Shown here: in pieces, positions 1 through 12,900 of the stretch
Layout: each line of letters opens with the position of its first letter
Position numbering within the stretch: the first letter of the stretch is position 1
Notes under the pieces: model-generated
What the model saw: only the letters and a program-made list of their open reading frames with translations
What the model was told of the DNA's origin: nothing
The model's database searches: none
Source: Perkinsus chesapeaki ATCC PRA-425
Taxonomy: Eukaryota; Protista; Perkinsozoa
Length of the DNA stretch: 63,268 bases
Reading direction: 5' to 3'
Assembly: GCA_013115145.1 (NCBI GenBank)
Contig: JAAPAO010000145.1
Coordinates: 1-63,268, forward strand
Made by a program: the position numbers and the translations under genes

Positions 1-323
1 TTATAAACATGATTTTTTAAAATCGTTTCCAGAATCGATTCTCAGTTCCAAAATTGGTTTATTGAACGAGCGGAGTATCACGAAATGGAATCTAATTTAG
101 TGGCGCGCGCTACGCAATAATGCGCTGTTTGATTATTTAATCGTTTGAGTAAATTATTCCGGTTCTGTATAATCGTCTTTCCCAAACTCCCGCCTGGGGC
201 TCTTCCGTTACCCTTGAGTATTTTCCTTATCCTGCTATCGGTGTTTATTACAGTATCTCAATAACAGGCGGGACATCAGATATTTGCCCTTAGCAGTTGT
301 CTGGTTCTCATTTCCTTTGACTG

Positions 324-3300
324 ATGGTACGTCGGAAGAAGGTCGGAAAGGAGCGTCTAGATCGCTTCTACCAGCTCGCTAAGGAGCAGGGTTATCGAGC
401 GCGATCTGCCTTCAAGCTTATTCAGCTCGAGAAAAAGTAATAACCCTTCCCATAGGCCAGCAGCGTGGATGCGCCAGGTACGGTTTCCTTAAGAACGCCC
501 GCTCCTGCGTGGATCTTTGTGGTGCCCCTGGCGGTTGGAGTCAGGTAATACGAGACTAGGGGAGGGATGAGAGTGGTGAGTAGGTGGCAGTGAAGCATAT
601 GCCGACTAACTCGAAGGTTATATGTGTGGATCTTATGCCGATAAAGCCGATTAAAGGGGTGGTGACGATGCAGTGCGATATTACCACACAGAAGTGTCGG
701 CAATTCTTGTTGAAGGAACTCAACGGTAAAAGAAAGCCTTACGAGAATTTGGTGTATTTTGGCTTGGACAGGTGTTCCCTGTGACGTTGTTCTTAACGAT
801 GGTGCTCCTAATGTCGGTGCCAGTTGGGCGAAGGATGCCTATAACCAGGCAGAGTTGTGCCTCTATGCCGTCCATCTTGCCGCGGATATGCTTCGCAAAG
901 GAGGTTGGCTATGGAGGGAAAGGGGATTGCTCAATTTGGCGTTAGGTACCTTCGTGACTAAGGTGTTCAGATCGTCCGACTATAACAGTCTACTTTGGGT
1001 CTTCCAGCAGCTTTTCGAGAAGGTTGAGGCCACCAAGCCGACCGCGTCTCGTAATGTATCTGCGGAGATCTTCGTAGGGGGAAGCGTTCCGTTGGTGAGG
1101 GAACGTGGCTTGCTGCTAGGTCACCTGCAAGGGGTTCAAGGCTCCAGCTAAGATAGATCCGAGACTGTTCGATCCGAAGTGGGTTTTCATGATGGAGGGG
1201 GATGAACAGGAGAAGGCTGTTGTGGGAGACGAGGAAGAGGAGGAGATTACTGGCAAAAAAGGTAGGTGGAGGGAATCTTTTGGAGGTGTGGAGTGCATGC
1301 TTTAAGCTGGTGGAAGCGGTGCTGCGATGTTGAATGATTATCTCAAGTCTGCGATGAAGAGACGTAGAGGAGGGTATGAGGATGAGTCTGAGATGTAGGA
1401 ATCTAAGCTCGAAGCGCGTTTGATACTTTGGAGGTTGGTAGTTTCTCCACTGCAACAGTGGCCGAATTCATCGCCTCACCCGCACCGGCCGAGATTCTTA
1501 TTAAGAGAAGCAAGTTGGTGTTCGAAACCGAAGACTGCGAGGAGATTCGGAAGTAAGTCTCCAGGACGCTTGCGTTGCCGCTGGAAAGATTCATTTTAGG
1601 TCGGTTCACACTACCCCGGAGATCTTGGATTACCTAAGTGATCTCAAAGTACTCGGTAAAGGAGAGCTGATGGCTCTATTGAAGTGGCGCATGCGTATAA
1701 GGAGGTACATGAAGCCTTTACAATGGAAGCAGTAATGTGTACTGTAGGGATCGAGAGAGAGCATCCAAGGCCGCCAGTGAGGAGGATGAGCAGGAGGAAG
1801 AGGACGAAGAAGATCTGTTGGCAAGCGCCCGCCCTGGAAAGTCCGTAGATGATGAACTCGCTGCATTGTTGAGCTCACGTGAGGCGAGAGTATGTGTAAG
1901 GTTGTGATGTTCGGGCAGGTCGGAGGGAGGAGAAGGCGGAGCTTAAGAAGCAAAGAGAGAGGACTAAGAAACAAGAGATGAGGAAGAAGATGTCACTAGG
2001 TAGTACTAGAAGGGTAGCGGTGGCGACGAGGGGAAGGCTTGCCAGCAGGTGGAGCGTTCAGTGCTTCGTCGATGTATGAGCCAGATCTCTTTGGTGGCTT
2101 GACTCAGGATGACTTTGATGCTGCTAATGAGATGGATGAGGTAAACAAAGGACTGGATTGGAGTTCGGTGTTGGGTGTGTGCATTCAAGGCGGAGCGCTT
2201 TTGTTCGTTTTGGCCTAGTACAGCATTCGACCAACTATACGGCCGAGGGCGGCGGACTTTGCCGAGTAATCGAGGTTGTCTTGAAAGTTTTCGTATTGCC
2301 AGTCAGTGATAGTCCCTTTTTGCGCAACATTCGTCGGACTATTCTACCTCGTCTAGCTTCGTACGGTGTGGCCGTTGGCATTACCAATTTCCTTCTTAGG
2401 ATGTTCCTGTCACCGAGGCTGAGGAAGACCCTACAGACCGAGACATTCAACCGGGCCAATACGAGTAACATCGGCGGTGATCGGGAGGGTCGGGAATAGC
2501 CCATGTCCAGGTACATTGAGGGGGATCGCAGCTCGAGGCTTGAGAGGATGGAGAAGGAGATGACAGAGCATCATAAGACAGAGCAGAGGGACGCTGAGCT
2601 CCGTAGGCTGCTGGGGTCGGTTATTGAGTGGTTTATGGTCTGGTAGGCAAGGAGAAGGCGGCATTGAAGGCTAAGAAGGGTAAGAAGGAAACTAGGAGGG
2701 AGAGAGCAGCACAGGAGTGGGCCGCTGAGGCGAGGGAAGTCACTTCTGAGATTGAGGGGAAGGCAGTGGCTGCCCACGAGGAGCAGGTAGAAGGAGATGT
2801 CTGGCTGTTGAGGAAGGGTGGAGTAGGTTCGTAAGGAGCTCGCTGGAGTTAGTGATGATGAGGAGGAAGAGTCTGATGGCAGCGAGTACGATCTTGAGGA
2901 TGGTGACGCTGCGTAGGAGGCCGGGCGGCGGGAAAAGGGGGACAGTTTTTGTGTGCTAAGGTACACGGGTGGTGTCCGTGACGAGGATGGAGCTGCGGGC
3001 GTGGAGCCTGTTGTATCTAAGAAGGCAGCTAAGAAGGAGTTGGCTGCTGCAGCTGCAGTGGAGACTGTACTGCCTTCTGAGATGGCAGGGGCAAGAGGAC
3101 AGGTAGAAGGGATAGGTTTAGGGGGTTGATGATATTATGGATGTTGTGGAAGAGTAGACTGTCTACAAGGGACTTTGTTATATATGAGGATGCTTACCTC
3201 GCAGCAGCAGCAGCAGCAGCACCTCCTCCTATACTAGAACCCTTCTATCTGGTCAAAGGAGTGCTGCACCATAAGAGAAGATTCGTAAAGCTCATTGGCC

Positions 3301-6300
3301 TCTATAAAAACTAGTACACATATATATTGTACAGATGTTGTTGTTAGTAGTAGCTGCGGGATCATCTGTTATATGATACAGAGCCATATAGAACAACTCC
3401 ATATTGTACGCTGTGATTTGAAACTATAATGAAGGGCTCGCAGTCCCGACCAGTAAGGCGATGTTTTGCCCAGCTATATTTTTATTGAGAATTAGTTCAT
3501 TCGTAGTAGTTGCATTGGAGAGGTTCAAGCTTTTGTGATAAACTGATAGTTCAATATCAGACCGCCATGGCTCTGTGTTTCCAGGTTCGGACAGACCGCT
3601 GGTTCTCCCAGGATATCTTCAGAGATAATAGTGATGATGAGGAGGATAAGGGCGACGTTGATGGGGTGGGTTATTGACCTAGAGGGGAGGTGATTGCTGT
3701 GGTGATGGTGATGCAGATTCACGAGCTCGACGATGATGATCTGTTGAAGTTGCCATTGACTGATAAGCAAGTGAGGAAGGAGAAGAGGAAGAGAGACGAG
3801 GCTAGGAAGGAAAAGAAGGAGGTAGATGTTTATATATTCCTGTGTATTTGAACGATTAACAGCACGCATTTTTAAGATTACTTCGTTTGGCTGCACGGTA
3901 CTTCGGCCGCTTTGAAGTCCCCGCTACAGTATGCCCTGGGAGCGTCGTTAGTTTACTCAGTAGATGGCTATAGACAGGAAATATATTTTTATATGATAAT
4001 TTGTGTTGCTGGATCATCCGTGGTGATCCGTAGTTTACTTATCTAGAATTGAATAAGTGCCTTTAGAGTATATGTTCTAGAGTCAAGTCAATCCAGAAAT
4101 CGGACTTGCATTATTTTTAATAATAAATTATTAATAGTTATTACTCTTGTTGTCCTATTATATGGTCTTAATCTCATACTCTTATTATAATTATCATTCT
4201 GGATGGACGTTACACTATAACGTGTATCGAAATAGATGTTTTTTATTTAGGCAAAGAGAGCCAGGAAGATGGGCGAAGTGGATGAGTCTGAGCATAAGGA
4301 CGGTGATGATGTTGGCACTGATGTTGGTGGCTTTGAAGTGGTAAGTCAACCTCTCGCTACGTTGTCGGCATCTGGGAGGAGGGCGAGAACTTCTTGCCGA
4401 GAAGCTATACTAGGCTGAATAATTCGTTTTGGGCTGCGAGTTGTTTGGTTGCTACTAGCTTGGAGCGCTGGTTGTCATCTGGAGAAATGGAGATCATGTT
4501 AGGTGCCGGCGTCAGCGCCATCGGCCTTCGAGCGACCAGAGGATCCCCAGGAGTTGGCCGAGACGCTTGCCTTGGGTAGCCTGCTCACTTCCAAGAAGAG
4601 TAGGATGGAGCTCATTGACAGCGCCTACAATAGATATACGTAAAGTCAATGCCAGGGGGCGGTTCTGGGAGTTTTCCGGCAGGTTCTCGGATGACCATAA
4701 CGCGGCTCTGCCGGATTGGTTCTTGGAGGAAGAGAAACCTTATACTAGGCAAATGGTGAGGGATGGGGGATGCTGGTGGTGGGAGAAGGGAATCTCGTGT
4801 ACCACTAACAGACGTCATTTGTTATATAGCTTGAATATAGGAAATAGGTAGATTTGAAGGAATCGTCGTGCACTGTTCTGAAGATCGTAGCCCTGGCCAC
4901 AACGCCCCAGCCACGACTTTAGTCATAAGAGTTTCAATCGTTCAAGGGACTTGTTTTTTCTTCTCGGTTATCTGCCCATTTTTCACATTAAGCTACTCGT
5001 ATGTGACTATTAGATCCAATGGATGTAGAACCATATTGATCGTTAAGTTGCAGGTGCCGATTTCCAAGGAACTGATGAGCCAATATCGAGCTAAGATGAG
5101 GGAGATTGATGCCCGCCCTGTGAGGAAGGTTGCCGAGGCGGCAGCACGTAGAAAGATATACCAACTTGCAGCACTGTTGAATTTGTGTGGCAGGCAAGAA
5201 GAGACGTTTGTCGCAGCAGTTGGAGAAGTTACGTAAGACTGCTACAAGCTTGCAGGAGTCTAGTGATCTGGGCGATTCCGGAAAGGCTCGGGCGATGAGG
5301 AAGGCAGTAGGGAAGGTGTTAAGAGGTGAGAGTCGCTGGAGAGTTTTGTGGCGCGCGGTAGTTTGTTGGCATCTACGATATTCATTATCGCAGTATTTAC
5401 GGAATGTGTGCAAGAAAAGTTGCATAGTGGAAGGTGCCATATAACGAATGGCCGTAGCATCGTTTGTGTTAATGGAGAAATGGTAACATTTAAATTGGAC
5501 TTGATGCGGGTGGAAATGGTCGGTAGAATCCTAGGGCTAAATGAGCCAGTGTTTTTAAGGAAGTCGGCCATTGGTTTCAATTTAGGTAATGCTAAGAAGG
5601 AGGTAGCATATGCAGCAGTACAGGGCAAGGGAGGTAGGGTGTGGCTGGGGGGGGAGGGGGGAATAATTTTTTATAAACCCCCTAACAGAATAATATGACC
5701 TCACAAAATTTCAAGTCCGTTTTCGTTTTAATGTAAAGTTAGTATAATTTAAAGCTCGTGTTTAATATAATCTATAATTCATCCTTTTATATATAGTGGA
5801 CCTGATTATGGTAGTAGTTTGTTATTGCTGGGAAGTGCACGAACTAGGAGCGGGCAGGTAGCGAAATGGCAGCTTCAGCGGTGTACTGTCTAACAAGTAT
5901 TAACAGTACACTCCTGGTCGCCATCTCCCTGGTGGAGGGAGTGGCATGTTTAATTAATATGATGTGGTAACGTAGTGCTATGCACTATACATGAGTAGTT
6001 TTGTTGTCATTAGTAATACTGCTCAAATATATATATTGCTTGTTTTCAATCATATCAAGAATGACGTTGGATACTGTAGTCAGAACGATGAATGGCCCCT
6101 ATAATTCATCTACTAGTGAATGCTTTTACAACTAATGGATTTATTACTATTATCATGTATTGCTGTGGCTGTAGGCTCAAAGGTTATCTCTAAGGGAGCC
6201 AGTAAGGGGGCTAAGGTTAAGATGGTTGATAAGAGGCTTAAGAATGATAAGAGAGCTCAGAGGAGAGCAGATAAACGTAAGAGAGGGAATCCAGCTGTAT

Positions 6301-6628
6301 ATTATAACATACAGCAATCTCGATGGTAATGAAATTGAGTCCAAGAGAGTCGAGTTTTCGGGCTGAAATTTCGAAGCAGTAATCGTACAAGCCTGCTCGC
6401 ACGTAGCCTATCCTTTACATCACCAGTTTGTGGTAAAGATATTAATCGGGTTTGTGTGGTCTGTCTCCCTAATGGAAGTGTTAGCGGAGTGATATCCAGG
6501 ACGAGCTCTTAGAACTGATTGATTTGCCACATCAAGCATTGTATTTATTATTACTGCCAGGGCTTAAGAAGGCTGGAGCCAAGCGCCGAGCTAAGAAGCT
6601 ACCACAAAAGAAGAAGGGGAAGATGTAA
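324..6628 (+). CDS. SPB1: AdoMet-dependent rRNA methyltransferase Spb1/FTSJ3 (multi-exon)
   Basis: Spliced N-terminus [62 protein letters not shown]... (introns 437-477, 545-583), then [23 protein letters not shown] and [15 protein letters not shown] (FtsJ/RrmJ K-D-K-E fold motifs). Acidic/Lys-rich middle; C-terminal Spb1-type segments ([17 protein letters not shown]; [24 protein letters not shown]). Last exon ends KKKGKM-TAA at 6628. Confidence 0.95.
3201..3221. repeat. (GCA)7 microsatellite inside an SPB1 intron
   Basis: Read directly from the sequence. Confidence 0.9.
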
Positions 6629-6962
6629 AGTATCATAACTAGGCCGCCGTCCTCTGCTCGGCAGCGGCCCTTCCCGACGTCATTCAACGTATAGGTGCAA
6701 AAGCACTCTCACATTTCCTACGTTTCTATAGACTTACGAGAGGTACTTGATGTTTAGTTCGGGGCTTGAGGGAAAAGTCGGTATGGTTTCGAGAGGAGTT
6801 GGTGTCGAGTTTGTATTGCGCTGGAGGGAGTTAGCTGGGGAATGATGGTGTTGGTGCAGAGTTCATACGTTGCTTGTCGGCGCGTGTTGTTCTTCTTATT
6901 ATTATACCAAACTTTTGCTTAATCACATCGGAAAGGTATCTGTAAGCATCTCTAATACGAAT

Positions 6963-9900
6963 ATGACTGTACCTAATGATCCGAGGCAGTTAGGAGAGGC
7001 AATAGTGCAACAGGTAGTAGAGAGTGCAGTGGGAATATATAATAAAGCTATATTGAAAGTGGCTGTATAATGCTTACTTTATACTATTATTGTGAGCGAT
7101 AAGTTACATGTATATTAATAATAAATATATAATAATAGATTATAGTAATAATAAATTGTGAGTTTTTGTTTTATATGGCAGTAGCAAGTATACACAGGGG
7201 CCTTGGAACAGGGCTTTAAAGGCATGGACTGCTATTCCGTAAAATGGCGCTTTTGGTAGCTGATGAACATTCGATATACTATCGTCTGTATAGGAGCTCT
7301 TCCATGGTACTAGGTAGCTTCGTAAATTGGGAAAGTTCAACGGCAAATACATTATCAAACAATCGAGTGTTGATGCTAGGGAGTAAAGTAGTAAACAACT
7401 TATGAAGGGGTTAATAGTATATTGAATATATTATCACAGTATTGCAAGAGGTGATTCAAACCAGTAGCCATGGTATAGTCATGATATGACGGAAGTGTGG
7501 TAGTTTTATTTCATTGTGATATACTGTATTAATATGCTTTCACTAGAATATATCCGATAACATGACGGAAGTGTGGTAGTATTATATAGTATAATACCTT
7601 TGCGCTTCAACTAATAGCACTAAGTTTTGTCAGTATATATAAAATCAGTCTCATCGTTTATAGGTTAATCTCCTACATTCAACCCCGGAAGCTGCTAAAA
7701 GTGTTACAGCGGCTTTAGAGGAGTTCCAACATCACCCCAGAGCCCTCGAAACGGTACCAACTTTCCGCCTACTCATCACCATCTCTACTGTTTCAGATAC
7801 GTTTGCTGCTGTCCAATCCCTCTGGGACGCCAATTCAAGCGGAGCACTACGCGGCACATGCACTCGCCACGAAGATACAGGTTAAGGCTGTTCCGGCGGG
7901 GAATGCGGTAAGGAGCTCTTTAGCCCTGGGGATGGGAAGTACATTTCATTTTAGGAGTTTTTGAAGCAGCTCTTGGAGTGGGTTGGGCTGTACAGTACAG
8001 GATCGTTCCATGGGGCCACGGGAGCGGTAGGAGAATGGGGAAAGGACTTGCACGCATGCACATGCGGTTGGCAGGTCCTGAGACAGCTATCACAGGCTAC
8101 GGCAGACTACTTGTTATTGAGCAATCAACAATTAAAGAGTAATGGGCAACAGACTGCCGATTTGATGGAGGCTATAGGGTAGGAAGGGCGGTTGACTGGG
8201 GTGATATAAGGCTAGGGGTAGTAGTTGAGCGGTATAGTAGGGTTGGAATGCCTTGTGGTTGGTATAAGGATGTAATGTGAAAGTTGGGCTCCACATTATA
8301 AAACTAGTACAATATACTCAAGTAAGTGTTCGATATGGAACAATGGATGTAAAATATATGAGAATGCTATATAAATAGAATGTGTATATCTGGAATAACT
8401 AGCACTTTCGAAGGCGTATCTCACGTAAGCACGCCTCATTATTATGACGTAACCGCCCTCCAAGTTGGGCGCTGTTCCTTAGCTTGTGATTTCCACTGTA
8501 TAAAATAAGTGATTTCAGTCCCCTGCCGCCCATGGGAAAGCTGTCGATACTGTCACAGTTGCCTGATGAACTGATGAGCACTAAGTTATTCTTGCACGCT
8601 GTTGACCGTGGTACTGTCACCGATGATATGGTAGGTTTGTTTTCCTGGATTTCGTGGCGCTGCGAGAATATGTTACGTGAATGTTAGGTAACTAAATACT
8701 GCTCGAAGGTCCTTGTTTTAGTCGATGAAATGAGCTCAAACACCCAAGATGCAACTGTTACTAATGAATGCATTATAGTATTTCGAAAATGGATCAAGCT
8801 GGCTAGGTAAATGGGAATAGTCATTTTAATAGAAGTATTGTAAAGATGAAAGTGATATATGGGGTCATCAGCGTTGAATTAACTTCACCGAGGATCACCT
8901 TCGTCCCTGTCCGTTGCAGTGAGGAAATAGGGAAATAAGGTTCTTATCCAGTACCGTCACAAGCTCAATAGTAATGGTAGTCGTTTTTACATTAATATGT
9001 TCTTCTATGTTAAAGAAAGTGCTTTTTCGTATATCAAACGGGTGGTTAATATGTCGGTCTATTTAGAGTGGGATTCAGTGTGTTTGAAGGGATGAAAGGG
9101 ATGAAAGGGTAGTTGAAAGTTTTAAGGTAACCTCCAAACTTTTGGCTGAAAGTTTGGTAATGTCTAATAGACATTATTATTATATTGTCCAGTAGACATT
9201 GTCTATACTGTAAACTTCACAGGCGTACCAGCGATAAATACGATATTCATAATCTCGATTTTAATAGGTAATGCAGCTGCATTTCAGATTCTCAAGCAAG
9301 GCGAGAAGTCGTCGGTCAATGGGCGATCGAGCGCCTAACGAGCTGGTGTTGCCGTTAATTCTAAACCTGAATATATTTAGGAATGTCCTCATGGCCTTCC
9401 ATAGTTCAAAGTAAGAGGGGTAGATTGAGCGTTGCTAGTAGAGAGGGTTAAGGAGCATTTTCCATCATATTCTATAGTGTCTCTATCGTCTGTTTTACGA
9501 TCAATCCTATACGACCAACGGTTGTATGTGGGTTGTGTGTGGTTGTCAACCGCCCCCAAGCCGGTTCGTAGTTGACCTTGTGCTTCCAGTCTGTATTATT
9601 GTATGTCTAAAGCATGTCACCCCCTGAATTTCACGGCAAAACTCTTACAGTTGGCCGAGAGATAACACTTTTCGTGATCGGCCTAAGTAACATACACGGC
9701 CCATATCTGACTGGTTGGGGGAGACTGATTATTGTATAGCATTCGCAACGTCATTATCTTGTACTTCTGTTACTAATTTAGGAGGCCAGTAAGTTAGAAA
9801 AGTGCGTTCTTGATGGTCCTAGAACTACATACAGTTTTCGAATATTATGAATAATGGTCGAATCACCTGTCATGCCAGAAATGACTAAGTCGGATTTGCT

Positions 9901-12900
9901 CTGCGTACTGTTTTTGGGTAGTGCTATGCGAAAGCAGCAAGGCATGTTGAGATTGGTATATATAATGTAATCTTATTATCCATGTATTTGTAATGGTATG
10001 TATTATTATATCTTTACACTATTATTTATCAATTGTATTTTATCTTTTATTCGAGCTGCTTTACCATCAAACTCCCTTTCGGAAACTGTACTTGATATTT
10101 CTTACTGGCCCTTATTACTTCCTCAGTACCCCTGTATCGGTTATGGAGCAATGTGCCTTTGTATTAAGCGAGTGCCTATCAGCTACAACAGACACTACTG
10201 ATAAGGAAAGCGGCAGGTAGGGCACGGGTATTAAGCAAGGTGATTTCTGAACTATCTTGTTGTTAGTTTTGAGATGGTACTAGCTATCGCAGAGGCTATT
10301 GTGATGCTGGGAAGGCAACTTTCTGAGGCAATACCAGCAGGTAAGCGGCATTCTGAATATCCATGCCCAATAAAAGGCAATAGTGCCTTTTATAATTTCG
10401 TGACTAGCGGGCGGTTTCTATGGGGAATGTTACAGTGGTGATTATGATCGTTACGGTAAGGTACGGACTCTTTTATATCTGAGACTACCAAGTACGATTG
10501 GGAATTGATACAAAGGAGCAAGTAAGAAGAGTGCTGCTGTTTGGCGAGGGCTAATTTAGTGGCGCGTGACTCAGGCTTGTATGCCGTCTGCTGGCCGAGT
10601 TTGGCCTCACACATTTCTTCCCGCTAGTGGTACTTGCATGCCCGAGTAGCGAACATCCAGATAAGGAACGAATTAAGGCTGCGGTAGACTAATCGATCAA
10701 CTGGGCGAGCGCTTTTTACATCAACATTTACGACAGGTTACAGCAATACTGCAGTTGGCGTTGCATTTTGTGAGGGTTCGACATGTTGAGCTGGCGGGTA
10801 CTGCTCTGGAGTTCTGGTAAGAATAATAAGGGGCTTAATATTGCGCGGAGACGGGGGCTTTCTACAGCTATTGGATGGGCGATTTTTGTACAGTTACCTT
10901 GTTATTTCTGGACTTGTAGTTATCGAGAAATGCGTTTTTAGGATCTATTCTAAATTTGAAGCACTGTAGTCGTTATAATTGGTGCTTTGATTGTCAATAT
11001 GTGGCAGTCATTGATGGCAATTACCGGACGGCTGGTCTCCTGGCGTTGTTTCATTTGTATGGGATTTGCCATCTGATCAGTGCGGTTTTCACAGTAGTAT
11101 GAATCTCTCGTTTAAGGTACTCAGCGTTGAGTGGTTTCCTGGGAGCATCCAGCCTGGAGGATGAGGAGGATGACTTGTTCTTTGATGCTAGCACACAGGG
11201 GACAGGGGAAGGCAGCTCACGATCACTGATGGCGTACTGCTCGGGAAGGGATTGCCTAAGGCGATAATCTGATAGAAAAACCATACTTGGTCGGAGACCG
11301 TTAGCGACAACCTATTTTTTCTGATACTTGGTTCTGGGTTTTGGCGATTGCCGATTCTAGCGATATTCTCCTCAACTGGATTTCCCTTCAACGGAAATGC
11401 GCTTCGTGAAGGCAAGTTTTTCACCTGTCCATTTTCATTTTCCTAATAGTCGTTGTCTTTCATTGCTCGCATTCTACTATATACGCTCTATGCGCTTTTC
11501 TCCCTTGTTGAATTTGGTCGCCTGGTTTAGCAATTGTTATTGCTTTAGATTGCTGGGTGCTAGAGAACAGAGGATAGCAGAACGAGTTATGCAGCATCAG
11601 GTTGGCAGCTTTTCACAGCGCCACGAAATTACAGTGCTGCATTATGTTTCAGAATCAAGAGTTGACATTACCATTGCTGGAGCCATGGTTTAAGGAGTTG
11701 GTGCCGGCCTTACTGATAGCGATATGCTGCCCGGCTGACATTGAGAAAGCTGATCAAGATGAGGGATTTGAGATAGAACCCTTTGTGGACTTTAGAGAGG
11801 TGATAATGAAGGGAATATACGTAGGAATGTGAACGCTGGTGTGGAGGATATATAAGTAAAGTTCATGTGAAACTGTTGAAGATGTGTGGGAAAATTCGCG
11901 CAAAATTACGGAGGGTATCTGGGAAATTCGTGCGAAATTGTGGGTTGTGGCTTTTTATGAAAAGTCGCATTTAATGAAATGTGTTCTTGGACGAATATCA
12001 TGAAGTGTAGTTGTTGAATGGATCTGGCAAGGGGAGCGAGGGACACCGGTACTGCAGTGACGGGTCATCGTTAAAATAGGCTGAAGGTTGAAGGACGGTC
12101 CTAGTTGAAGGATATAATGTTTAATTCGACAGGAAATAATTTTGTAGCGACCACTGAGAACATTTAATTCTCCTCTGTGACCTGCTGAATGCAGGTTGGA
12201 AAAAGCGGAGCGAAGCAGATTTTGTTTTCTTTGTTTTTAGTCCTGCGCACAAGTGATCTCGGATAGCTGCTCTATTGTGGATCCTGAATGGATTATAGAA
12301 CAGATTGGAGAGACACTATCACAGTGTTGTCAGACTGATCAGGTAGGAAGTGGTGGGATAGCCAGTCGTGATGTGGAGTTAGAATTAAGCGTGGGGCTCT
12401 CTGGCGCTGTCTTATTATAGTATTGTGTTATCGCAAAGGGGAGTATTGTTATAAGAAATAGGAGTTTTATATAGGCACACTGGTAGTGTAGGAGTAACTG
12501 CCTTTTTATAAAGGTATATTTGTATGTACTTGAATTTTGAATAGTCCATTTGCACTGTACAAGATTCTTAGTATGCCCCATCTTTCCTTTATCAGGCCAG
12601 TGGATTGGTTCGAGCTCCTTGGCAGCGAGTTGAAGCTTGCATTTACGTGTTGACGGCGGTGGCACCGAAGGCTGTCGCTGGGCAGGATGAAGTAAACGTT
12701 TTAGTGTCGGGAAAATGCCAGTTCTTTCGGCAGGTTATCCCGGGACTCCTTCGACTCTTGCCGAAGTTGGACTACCCCTCAGAGGGCTTACCGGCGTTAT
12801 TGCTGAGAACCGGAGCAGGTAGGGACTTACGGTACTTTTTACTCGTGTAAAATCGTTCCAGGTCGGATCGTTCTTTACACGAGCTGCTATCTGGCGGAGC

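Noticed and set aside
7464-7471. GTAGCCAT resembling the perkinsid/dinoflagellate spliced-leader core
   Set aside because: Only an 8-nt match, intronic and lacking the TTGGCTCAAG end. I noticed no SL relics upstream of the intronless genes either.
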